Source of the DNA: Bacteroidota bacterium
Lineage (GTDB): Bacteria > Bacteroidota > Bacteroidia > UKL13-3
Length of the DNA stretch: 64,000 nt
Assembly: GCA_947457395.1 (NCBI GenBank)
Contig: CANGVA010000003.1
Location: 78,825-142,824, forward strand
Direction: 5' to 3'
Positions within the stretch are counted from its first letter, which is position 1. Every line of letters starts with the position of its first letter. A model generated the notes under the pieces. It was not told where the DNA came from, made no database searches, and saw only the letters and a program-made list of their open reading frames with translations. Positions 45,885-54,562 of this stretch are shown here, piece after piece. Position numbers and translations under genes: made by a program.

Positions 45885-47048
45885 ATGACTACAGAGCAGC
45901 AACTTGAATTGTCTATTGTAATGCCTTGCCTAAATGAGGCTGAAACAATTGGTGCATGTATTGAAAAAGCAATACGTTACTTAAATCAGCATCATATTAG
46001 GGGAGAAGTAATTGTTTCTGATAACGGAAGTACCGATGGCTCCATTGCTATTGCCGAAAGGCTTGGCGCCCGTGTGGTGCATGCTACTGAAAAGGGTTAT
46101 GGCAGCGCATTGATGTATGGGATAGAAGCAGCATTTGGCAAATATGTAATCATGGGTGACTCGGATGATAGCTATGATTTCTCTGCTCTCAATCCTTTTC
46201 TTATAAAACTACGTGAAGGTTACGATTTGGTGGTAGGCAACCGCTTTAAAGGCGGAATTGGCAAAGGTGCCATGCCTTTTCTGCATAAATATTTAGGTAA
46301 TCCGGTCTTGTCATTTATTGGCAAATTGTTTTTTCATTCACCTGTAAATGATTTTCATTGTGGTTTACGCGGCTTCAGACAGGATATCGTCTCGCTGTTA
46401 AATCTCCGTACCACGGGCATGGAGTTTGCTAGTGAGATGATTGTGAAAGCAAGCTTATTTAAGTTGCGTATCTGCGAAGTGCCAACTACGTTGAGTGTGG
46501 CTGGTCGTAGCCGCCCACCGCACCTGCGCACTTGGCAAGACGGCTGGCGGCATCTACGCTTTTTACTTATTTACAGTCCGCGCTGGCTTTTTTTATATCC
46601 CGGAATATTGTTGATGCTAACCGGTATGCTATCAGGCGGATTTATTATGAATGGCCCTGTTCATTTGTTTAATATTTATTTTGATACCAACACCTTGCTT
46701 TATTCAGGAGCTGCTGCCATTATTGGTTTTCAGTTAATGGTGTTCGGAATTTTTACGCGCAGGTATGCCATTCAAACTGGATTAATGCCCGACCAAAAAA
46801 CAATTTCTCTGGTAGAAAAATGGCTAACTCTGGAACGAGGAATTGTAGTTGGTGTGCTCATTACCCTTGCCGGTGTTGCAGGTTCTGCTTACTCTTTGTA
46901 TCTATGGGATCAGGTTGATTTTGGAACACTGGAATATTCTTCAATTCTGCGTGTTGTTATACCATCGGTTGTTTTTATTATTCTGGGCATTCAAACCATT
47001 TTCTCAAGTTTCTTTTTAAGTGTGCTTTCCCTTAACCGCAAGCGATGA
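45885..47048 (+). CDS. Membrane-anchored GT2 polyprenyl-phosphate glycosyltransferase (GtrB/ArnC/DPM-synthase-like, with C-terminal TM helices)
   Basis: LSIVMPCLNE, VIVSDNGSTDGS, MGDSDDSYDF (DxD), GYGSALMYG. Four hydrophobic helices in the C-terminal 150 aa. Confidence 0.8.
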   Translation: MTTEQQLELSIVMPCLNEAETIGACIEKAIRYLNQHHIRGEVIVSDNGSTDGSIAIAERLGARVVHATEKGYGSALMYGIEAAFGKYVIMGDSDDSYDFSALNPFLIKLREGYDLVVGNRFKGGIGKGAMPFLHKYLGNPVLSFIGKLFFHSPVNDFHCGLRGFRQDIVSLLNLRTTGMEFASEMIVKASLFKLRICEVPTTLSVAGRSRPPHLRTWQDGWRHLRFLLIYSPRWLFLYPGILLMLTGMLSGGFIMNGPVHLFNIYFDTNTLLYSGAAAIIGFQLMVFGIFTRRYAIQTGLMPDQKTISLVEKWLTLERGIVVGVLITLAGVAGSAYSLYLWDQVDFGTLEYSSILRVVIPSVVFIILGIQTIFSSFFLSVLSLNRKR

Positions 47049-47593
47049 AGGCGTTTGATTACTGGCTGCAAAAAAAAAGAATTGCACAGGCTGCGGCATT
47101 TATTAATACAGGCGCTCATGTGTTAGATATTGGTTCATATGATGGCGCACTCTTTAAGCAACTGTACGATAAAAATATTACTGGAGCTGGCGTAGATCCT
47201 CTGGCTAAAACGGCCGGTTATGGCCATTACCGCTTGGTAAAGGGTTTATTTCCACAGGCATTTCAACCCGATGAGTTGTTTGATTGTATTACCATGCTGG
47301 CTGTTTTGGAGCATATTCCGGTAGGGGAGCAGCCTAAACTTGCCCAAGCCTGCCACCAACACCTGAAACCAAAAGGCAGGGTAATTATTACGGTTCCTGC
47401 GCCACAGGTAGATTATATATTGGCAGTTTTGCGCTTTTTGCGCATCATAGACGGCATGTCGCTGGAGGAGCACTATGGCTTTAAAACAACAGATACCCCG
47501 CACATTTTTTCTTCACCTCTATTTAAACTCCTCAGCCACAAAACATTTCAGTTTGGGCTTAATCATGTATTTGTATTTGAAAAAGTATCATAA
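47045..47593 (+). CDS. Class I SAM-dependent methyltransferase (paralogous in type to 30385..31029)
   Basis: VLDIGSYDG (motif I), FDCITMLAVLEHI, KPKGRVIITVP. Start overlaps the GT2 stop (ATGA at 47045-47048). Confidence 0.7.
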   Translation: MKAFDYWLQKKRIAQAAAFINTGAHVLDIGSYDGALFKQLYDKNITGAGVDPLAKTAGYGHYRLVKGLFPQAFQPDELFDCITMLAVLEHIPVGEQPKLAQACHQHLKPKGRVIITVPAPQVDYILAVLRFLRIIDGMSLEEHYGFKTTDTPHIFSSPLFKLLSHKTFQFGLNHVFVFEKVS

Positions 47594-47633
47594 AGGTCTT
47601 TTCTTTACAACTTATTATTAAGCAGCAAGTATT

Positions 47634-49064
47634 GTGAGCAATTCAATTAAAGTAGCAGTTATTGGTGCCGGTCCTGCCGGTATCACAGCTGCATATCAAT
47701 TAAGCAAAGAAATATCATCGGTTGATATATATGAGGCCAGCTCGTCTGTTGGGGGCCTTGCCAAGTCGGTTGAGCTATGGGGGCAAACTGTTGATATTGG
47801 TCCGCACCGTTTTTTTAGTAGCGATACAAGAGTAAACTCTTTATGGCTAGAGGTTGTAAAAGAAGACTATGCTATGGTAAACCGCCTTACGCGTATCCTC
47901 TATAAAAACAATTTATATTTCTATCCAATTAAAGCACTTGACGCGCTTAGTAAACTGGGCCTATTTGAAGCAGCACGCTGTATGCTTAGTTTTGGTCTGG
48001 AAAGAATATTGCCAACCAAGGATAAGAGTACGTTTGAAGGATGGGTGCGCAGCCGCTTTGGGAAAAGGCTCTATGAAATATTTTTTAAAACCTACAGCGA
48101 AAAACTTTGGGGTATTCCCTGCAATGAACTGGATGCTGATTTTGCAGCACAACGCATTAAAAAACTCTCCTTGTGGGAGGCGGTAAAAGCGGCACTGTTT
48201 GGTGATAAAGATAAAAAGCACAAAACGCTGGTGGATGAATTTGCTTACCCATTGCAGGGAACAGGTATGGTTTATAATCGGATGGAGCAGCTGATTAAAG
48301 AAAAAGGTGGCAAAGTATTTTTAAAAACACCTGTAAAGCGTGTGATTGTTGAAGGTGGCATGGCCAAGGGGCTTGAACTGGAAAACGGTGAGATAAAATA
48401 TTACGACCATATTATTTCTTCCATGCCACTTACGCTGCTGGTAAGTCGCATTGATGAAGCACCCCAGCAAATAAAAAGTCTGAATGCACAACTGCGTTTC
48501 AGAAATACCATTATTGTTTTTGTTGAGGTAGATGCAACCAATTTGTTTGAAGACAATTGGCTGTATGTGCATTCAACAGATTTACGCACCGGGCGTATTA
48601 CCAATTTCAGAAACTGGGTACCTCAATTATATAAGGATAAAAAAACCAGCATACTTGCTTTGGAATACTGGTGCTATGACGAAGATGATTTCTGGAAATG
48701 GACAGATGAACAGTTGAACAATTTAGGTATGGAGGAAATACGTAAAACCGGATTAATTGGCGAGGCAAATATTTTACATGCACATACGTATCGCATACCA
48801 CGTTGTTATCCTGTATACTCAAAAGGGTACAAAGAAATTCTGAGCCCTGTTGAGCAATACCTAAGCAGCATTCAGCATCTACATGTAATTGGCCGATATG
48901 GTGCGTTTAAGTATAACAACCAGGATCACTCCATTTTAATGGGTATGCTGGCAGCTGAAAATATTTTAAAGCATACCAAGCACAATCTTTGGGAAATAAA
49001 TACTGATTACGAAAGTTATCAGGAAAGTTCAGTTATTACTAAAACCGGGCTGGTAAAAAAATGA
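47634..49064 (+). CDS. FAD-dependent oxidoreductase of the UDP-galactopyranose-mutase (Glf)-like / amine-oxidase-like family
   Basis: N-terminal KVAVIGAGPAGITAAYQL...IYEASSSVGG (FAD Rossmann). FGKRLYEIFFKTYSEKLWGIPCNELDADFAAQRIKK parallels the E. coli/Klebsiella Glf segment [33 protein letters not shown], recalled from memory. C-terminal GRYGAFKYNNQDHSILMG. GTG start at 47634 (no upstream in-frame ATG). ~100 aa longer than bacterial Glf. Confidence 0.6.
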   Translation: MSNSIKVAVIGAGPAGITAAYQLSKEISSVDIYEASSSVGGLAKSVELWGQTVDIGPHRFFSSDTRVNSLWLEVVKEDYAMVNRLTRILYKNNLYFYPIKALDALSKLGLFEAARCMLSFGLERILPTKDKSTFEGWVRSRFGKRLYEIFFKTYSEKLWGIPCNELDADFAAQRIKKLSLWEAVKAALFGDKDKKHKTLVDEFAYPLQGTGMVYNRMEQLIKEKGGKVFLKTPVKRVIVEGGMAKGLELENGEIKYYDHIISSMPLTLLVSRIDEAPQQIKSLNAQLRFRNTIIVFVEVDATNLFEDNWLYVHSTDLRTGRITNFRNWVPQLYKDKKTSILALEYWCYDEDDFWKWTDEQLNNLGMEEIRKTGLIGEANILHAHTYRIPRCYPVYSKGYKEILSPVEQYLSSIQHLHVIGRYGAFKYNNQDHSILMGMLAAENILKHTKHNLWEINTDYESYQESSVITKTGLVKK

Positions 49065-52003
49065 GTAAGAAAAACACAAGTAAACCGGCCGCTGAGCCGG
49101 TAAAAACAGTAAGTGATCAGGAGCTTACTTTTTTGTTTGTTTCAAAAGGTACTGCTTCAGATGCCAACCTGATTGCTCAGGCTATATTAAAGGTGCGAAC
49201 CGAAGCCTCATTGGTAGTAATGGATTGGAGTTGTGATGCAGAAACCCAACAGGCTATTGCTGCACTCAGAGAGAAAGGACGCTGTCATGTAATAAAAAAT
49301 ATGGATGAGTGGCAGCAACACGCGGGGCAAGTAGTTTATGTGGTAGATGATGCTGCTTCATTTAATCCGCAAGCAGTAGTAACCTGTTTTGCTGCACAAA
49401 AAAAATCGTTCACACATACAGATGCAGTTTATGCAGGTGAGTTTAACAAACAGTCGGGTAAGTTACCGCTTTCTGTTTTTCAAAAAGCAGGTATTGGTTT
49501 ATACAATTTACTGGCTTCAATGCTGCTGCCTGCAGGCATCAAAGATTTTACACATCCATTTATATTTTTTGGCAAGGATGCAGCATTAAAAGGTATTACA
49601 TCCGGTCATACCAAAAGTATCTCCGTTTGCAGCAGGCTGGCTTATTTGCAAACACCTTTCATATCATTAAACCTTACAGGCAAAGAACATCCTTATCGAA
49701 AAGTTCGTTTTAATGTAATTAGCAGCAATATACTGGCCCCGCGCATTAGCTGGTTTATTAAAGATCCGTTGGTGCGTTACGGTGTAGAAGATGCCGCAGG
49801 TTATCAGCCATTATACCGTTTGCTTTTTGTGGCCTTTTTTCTGTTTGCATTTATTGCCATGCCATACTTGAGTCAGGATTTTGGTATTACATGGGATGCA
49901 AAGCGCCACAATCAATATGGCTATCAGATGCTCAATTATTTTACCTCATTTGGCAGTGATTCTACCGCATTATCTGCTACATCACCCATTCAGGAGTTTA
50001 GATACTACGGTGAGCATTTCAATGTAATCAGTGCATTTTTTAATACTTATTTTGGTGTGCTGGGTGAGTTTGAAATGCGCCATTTGCTTAATGCTTTGTA
50101 TGGATTGCTGGCCATGTTATTTGCAGCATTGGCTGCCAAAGAAATCACCTCCTGGCGTGGAGGCTTTTTTGCTTTTGTATTGATTTTTTGTAGTCCCGTA
50201 TTTTTCGGACACAGCATGAATAACCCAACGGATATTCCTTTTGCAGCGGGTTCTGCTATGGCACTTTATTATTTATTAAAGGTGCTTAAAAATTTACCTG
50301 CACCAACATTATCGCATCTGGTATGGTGTGCAGCAGGTATAGGCATGGCCATCGGATCTCGTGTGGGTGGCATCATCTGGTATGCCTACACCGGTTTGTT
50401 TCTTGGCTTGGCATGGTTGTTTATTGCAAAGAAAGATGGCATGGGTAAAGCCATTAAAATGATTTGGCCTTATGCACGTATCTTATTGCTTATCGTGATT
50501 ATTGGTCACTTGGTTGGTATTTCCTTATGGCCGTTTGCCCAGCAAAAACCATTTACCAACTGGTATGAGGCACTTAAAAAATCAACTGAGGGTGCTTACT
50601 TTACCTATAACCATGAATTATTTGAAGGTGTTCGGATGTACATGGCCAACGTGCCCTGGTATTATTTGCCTAAGTTTATTTTTATTAATACACCGGAAGT
50701 GGTTTGGGCCGGTTTGCTTTTACTCGTGCCGCTTATCTGGGTTTTAAAGAAAACGTATACCCGCTGGTACCTCATTGGTGTGGTATTATTTGTTGCAATA
50801 TTTCCTATAGCTTATGCTGAGGTTCAGAGCATGTATTATTATAATGGCTGGAGGCATTATCTGTTTGTATATCCGCCAATTGTGGTGTTGGCTGCTTGTG
50901 GCTGGGATGCCTTGGGCGCTGTTATCAGAAATAAAATGGCATCACATCTTGCATTGGCAGGCGTGCTGGTTTTAAGTATGCTTCCGGTTTCGTGGATGAT
51001 TGCCAATCATCCCAACCAATGTGTGTATTTTAATACCCTTAGTGGCGGAACCCGGGCAGCTTATGGTAAATACGAAATGGATTATTACTCTAACTCATGC
51101 CGTGCCGCAGCAGAATGGCTTTCCAAGCAAGAGCCCAATAAAAAATTACTGGTAGGCATCAATAATGAACCACTTACTGCATCCTACTATGCCAATAAGT
51201 TTAATCCCAATATGGAGTTCAGGTGGATGCGAGAGTATGAGGAACAAAAAATCCCTTGGGACTATGCTATCCTAACCTCACGCACATATTCTTCAAAAGA
51301 GTTGGCTAATGGAGCATTCCCTCCTAAAGGAACTGTTTATACAGTTGAAGCAGATGGCATGCCGCTGGCGGCTGTTGTTAAAAGGGAAAATGACTGGATG
51401 CCCAAGGGGTATCAGGCATTTGAAGCCAGAAATTATGATACCGCACTTATCTGTTTTAGGAATGCCGAAGCCTACAACCCAAAAGATGAAGAGGTTTTTC
51501 GCATGCTGGGTTTAACTTTCATGGCGATGCGTAATGCAACAGAAGCCACCAGAAGTTTAAATAAAGCCATTGATATATATCCTGAAAATTACATGGCATG
51601 GTCGGCTCTGGGCTTGGTAGAAATTAACCTAAATAAAAATCCGGATAAAGCTATTGAATATTTTAGAAAAGCCAATGAGTATAAGTTTAATTATACCGAT
51701 GCATACTATTACACAGCCATGGCATACTATCAGAAAAAAGATTTTTCTGAAGGAATAAAATATCTGGAGATGGCAGTAAAACGTGGCGGTGGTAGTGTGG
51801 CTGATGTTTATTATAATCTTGGACTCGGCTATTTTAATACAGGCAGTTATAAAAAAGCGGAAGACAACATGATACTAGCACTTACGCTGGAGCCTAACAA
51901 TGCTATGTCATACCGCTTACTTGCAGAAGTGTTTAGCAAACAAGGTAAAAATGCCGAAGCTGAGGAGTGTATGAGAAGATATGCAGCACTGGGTGGAAAA
52001 TAA
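49061..52003 (+). CDS. Large membrane glycosyltransferase-like protein: N-terminal cytoplasmic GT-A-like domain, GT-C-like multi-TM core (ArnT/PMT-type topology) and C-terminal TPR repeats
   Basis: aa ~1-240 soluble (VVYVVDDAASF resembles a DxD region). aa ~250-650 has >=10 TM helices, with Asp-containing first loop YLSQDFGITWDAKRHNQYGY. aa ~770-980 has tandem TPR-like repeats (AEAYNPKDEEVFRMLGLTF..., AIDIYPENYMAWSALG..., YYNLGLGYFNTGSYKKAEDN...). Start overlaps the upstream stop (ATGA at 49061-49064). Confidence 0.6.
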   Translation: MSKKNTSKPAAEPVKTVSDQELTFLFVSKGTASDANLIAQAILKVRTEASLVVMDWSCDAETQQAIAALREKGRCHVIKNMDEWQQHAGQVVYVVDDAASFNPQAVVTCFAAQKKSFTHTDAVYAGEFNKQSGKLPLSVFQKAGIGLYNLLASMLLPAGIKDFTHPFIFFGKDAALKGITSGHTKSISVCSRLAYLQTPFISLNLTGKEHPYRKVRFNVISSNILAPRISWFIKDPLVRYGVEDAAGYQPLYRLLFVAFFLFAFIAMPYLSQDFGITWDAKRHNQYGYQMLNYFTSFGSDSTALSATSPIQEFRYYGEHFNVISAFFNTYFGVLGEFEMRHLLNALYGLLAMLFAALAAKEITSWRGGFFAFVLIFCSPVFFGHSMNNPTDIPFAAGSAMALYYLLKVLKNLPAPTLSHLVWCAAGIGMAIGSRVGGIIWYAYTGLFLGLAWLFIAKKDGMGKAIKMIWPYARILLLIVIIGHLVGISLWPFAQQKPFTNWYEALKKSTEGAYFTYNHELFEGVRMYMANVPWYYLPKFIFINTPEVVWAGLLLLVPLIWVLKKTYTRWYLIGVVLFVAIFPIAYAEVQSMYYYNGWRHYLFVYPPIVVLAACGWDALGAVIRNKMASHLALAGVLVLSMLPVSWMIANHPNQCVYFNTLSGGTRAAYGKYEMDYYSNSCRAAAEWLSKQEPNKKLLVGINNEPLTASYYANKFNPNMEFRWMREYEEQKIPWDYAILTSRTYSSKELANGAFPPKGTVYTVEADGMPLAAVVKRENDWMPKGYQAFEARNYDTALICFRNAEAYNPKDEEVFRMLGLTFMAMRNATEATRSLNKAIDIYPENYMAWSALGLVEINLNKNPDKAIEYFRKANEYKFNYTDAYYYTAMAYYQKKDFSEGIKYLEMAVKRGGGSVADVYYNLGLGYFNTGSYKKAEDNMILALTLEPNNAMSYRLLAEVFSKQGKNAEAEECMRRYAALGGK

Positions 52004-52056
52004 GATTGAGAGAACACTGCATAAATATTTCAAACCTAACAACACGAAATCATCAC

Positions 52057-53001
52057 ATGCAACAAGTAACAGGTAAGCGAATACTGCTCGTAATTATTAA
52101 CTGCATTATTCTGCTTAGTTTGTACGCACAAGATACCTTGCCAAAGGTTACTTCAGGAAAAGTAGAGCGCATCAGTAATTTTAAATCAGGATTTATCACA
52201 CCACGTCATATTGATATCTGGGTTCCTCCGGGCTATCCGGATTCAGGTAAATATGAGGTTTTATATATGCATGATGGACAAATGCTATACGACTCTGCCA
52301 ATACATGGAATAAGCAGGCATGGGAAATAGATAAAGTTGCTACAAAACTTATGCAATCAGGCAGGGTTAAGAACTTTATTGTTGTGGGGATTTGGAATGG
52401 CGGGCAAACCCGACACAGTGATTATTTTCCGCAGAAACCATTTGAGCTTCTCCTCAATAACACAGAACGTGATACCATTACCTCACAATTACAAAGTGCC
52501 GGGCGCATAACAACAGTATTTAAACCACAATCAGATAATTATTTGAAATTTATTGTGAATGAGTTAAAACCGATGATTGATAAAAGCTATGCAGTATATA
52601 CAAAACCGGAGCATACATTTATTGCAGGAAGTAGCATGGGCGGGTTAATTTCTTTGTATGCCGTATGCGAGTATCCGGAAGTATTTGGTGGTGCAGCATG
52701 TTTATCTACGCATTGGCCAGGCACGTTTAATGTTTTAAATAATCCGTTTCCATTAGCCATGCAGCTTTATCTAACAACGCAACTGCCCGATTCCAAGGAT
52801 CATCGTATTTATTTTGATTTTGGCAACCAGACGCTGGATGCACTATACCCACCTTTACAGAAAAATGTGGATGATATCATGCGCGCAATGAAATATAATC
52901 AAACCAACTGGATTACCTATTTTGATGAAGGTGCCGAACACAGTGAGCGTGCGTGGCGAAATAGATTGCATCTGCCGCTACTGTTTTTATTTTCGAGGTA
53001 G
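52057..53001 (+). CDS. Alpha/beta hydrolase (putative esterase family, enterochelin-esterase/esterase-D-like)
   Basis: Signal peptide; nucleophile elbow FIAGSSMGG (GxSxG); catalytic His near the C-terminus (EGAEHSERAW). Confidence 0.7.
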   Translation: MQQVTGKRILLVIINCIILLSLYAQDTLPKVTSGKVERISNFKSGFITPRHIDIWVPPGYPDSGKYEVLYMHDGQMLYDSANTWNKQAWEIDKVATKLMQSGRVKNFIVVGIWNGGQTRHSDYFPQKPFELLLNNTERDTITSQLQSAGRITTVFKPQSDNYLKFIVNELKPMIDKSYAVYTKPEHTFIAGSSMGGLISLYAVCEYPEVFGGAACLSTHWPGTFNVLNNPFPLAMQLYLTTQLPDSKDHRIYFDFGNQTLDALYPPLQKNVDDIMRAMKYNQTNWITYFDEGAEHSERAWRNRLHLPLLFLFSR

Positions 53002-53131
53002 TTTTTACAGCACTAATTCATACATCAGCCAAAACCCTCAATTCCTTTTTAAGTACCCCTATTATGCGAATTGGTTTAATTCCTCATTGAACTGCAAACA
53101 ATTCCTATATTCGTTTGCATTAAATTATCTT

Positions 53132-54469
53132 ATGAATAAAAAGTTGGGTTTATTGGATTGTATCATGCTTATCATGGGCAGTATGATTGGGTCAGGAATT
53201 TTTATTGTACCTGCTGCCATGAGCCGCGATTTACAATCGCCTGCTATATTGCTTTTGGCATGGGTTGTTACGGCCTTTATTACAGTAATCGCTGCTTTGA
53301 ATTATGGTGAACTTTCTGCCATGATACCTAAAGCAGGAGGTCAATATGTGTATTTGCAACGAGCTTATAATAACTTATTTGGATTTTTATATGGATGGAC
53401 TCTTTTTGCCGTTATTCAAACCGGCACCATAGCTGCTGTTGCTGTTGCATTTGCCAAATTTACCGGAGTTTTTTTGCCAATTATTTCTGATAAGGTAGTG
53501 TTGCTTGATTTAGGAATGATACAGATACAATCGCAACAAGCTCTTGCCATGCTTGTGATATGGATACTTACCATTTTTAATTTTTTACCTGTTAAAAACG
53601 GAGCCATACTTCAAAATACATTCACCTTTACAAAAATTGGTGCCATTGTATTTCTGTTGTTGGCAGGCCTGTACCATTTGTATGGCAAAGGAATGCAACC
53701 CATTTCTTATGCGCTTCCTTCCGGTAATATTTCTTACTGGGGCTTATTTTGTGCTGCACTGGTTGGCTCCATCTTCTCTGCAGATGCATGGAACAATATA
53801 ACGTTTACAGGAGGAGAGATTGCGCAACCACAACGAAATTTACCTCTATCACTGCTCATAGGCACACTCAGCGTTACTGCCTTATATGTTTTTATTAACT
53901 GGATTTATATCGGGGTATTACCTTTTGATGCCATAGAGCATGCTCCTTCAGACAGGGTAGGCACCTTACTATTGCAAACGGTTATGGGCGATATAGGCAT
54001 GTATGTAATGGCTGCATTTATTATGATTTCTACTTTCGGCTGCATCAATGGTATTACGTTATCCGGTGCAAGGGTTTATTATGCTATGGCACTTGATGGA
54101 TTGTTTTTTAAACGTGCGGCAACAAAGAATATTAACGATTCTCCGCAGGCTGCTCTGGTTATGCAGGCTATTTGGACCAGCATATTAACGCTTAGTGGCT
54201 CATACAGTGATCTGCTGGATTATGTGGTTTTTGCTGTGCTACTTTTTTATATACTCACTGTTGCCGGGATATTTATTCTCAGAAAAAAGGAGCCGCATAC
54301 CATAAGACCTTATAAGGTTTGGGGTTATCCTTACCTTCCTGCATTATATATAATGCTGGCCATGTTTGTATGCCTGAGCTTACTAATTTTTAAGCCTTTA
54401 TATACCTATCCGGGGCTTGCCATAGTCCTTGCAGGTATTCCTATATATTATCTGATTCGTAAAAAGTAA
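53132..54469 (+). CDS. APC-superfamily amino acid permease
   Basis: Twelve TM helices; GSMIGSGIFIVPA signature. The ORF-track start at 52922 overlaps the upstream gene; ATG at 53132. Confidence 0.85.
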   Translation: MNKKLGLLDCIMLIMGSMIGSGIFIVPAAMSRDLQSPAILLLAWVVTAFITVIAALNYGELSAMIPKAGGQYVYLQRAYNNLFGFLYGWTLFAVIQTGTIAAVAVAFAKFTGVFLPIISDKVVLLDLGMIQIQSQQALAMLVIWILTIFNFLPVKNGAILQNTFTFTKIGAIVFLLLAGLYHLYGKGMQPISYALPSGNISYWGLFCAALVGSIFSADAWNNITFTGGEIAQPQRNLPLSLLIGTLSVTALYVFINWIYIGVLPFDAIEHAPSDRVGTLLLQTVMGDIGMYVMAAFIMISTFGCINGITLSGARVYYAMALDGLFFKRAATKNINDSPQAALVMQAIWTSILTLSGSYSDLLDYVVFAVLLFYILTVAGIFILRKKEPHTIRPYKVWGYPYLPALYIMLAMFVCLSLLIFKPLYTYPGLAIVLAGIPIYYLIRKK

Positions 54470-54562
54470 TCACTACTTTTTACCCAATTAGGGTCTTCCG
54501 GGGATGATTCTTTTCTATACCTGATAAAATTTTATTTGCAATGGTTTTAATTCGCAGTAAAG

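Noticed and set aside
49061-52003. Considered naming the 980-aa protein ArnT or a PMT-family O-mannosyltransferase
   Set aside because: Only the topology and the loop-1 acidic residues support this. No diagnostic ArnT/PMT motif could be verified by eye, so it is kept as GT-C-like.
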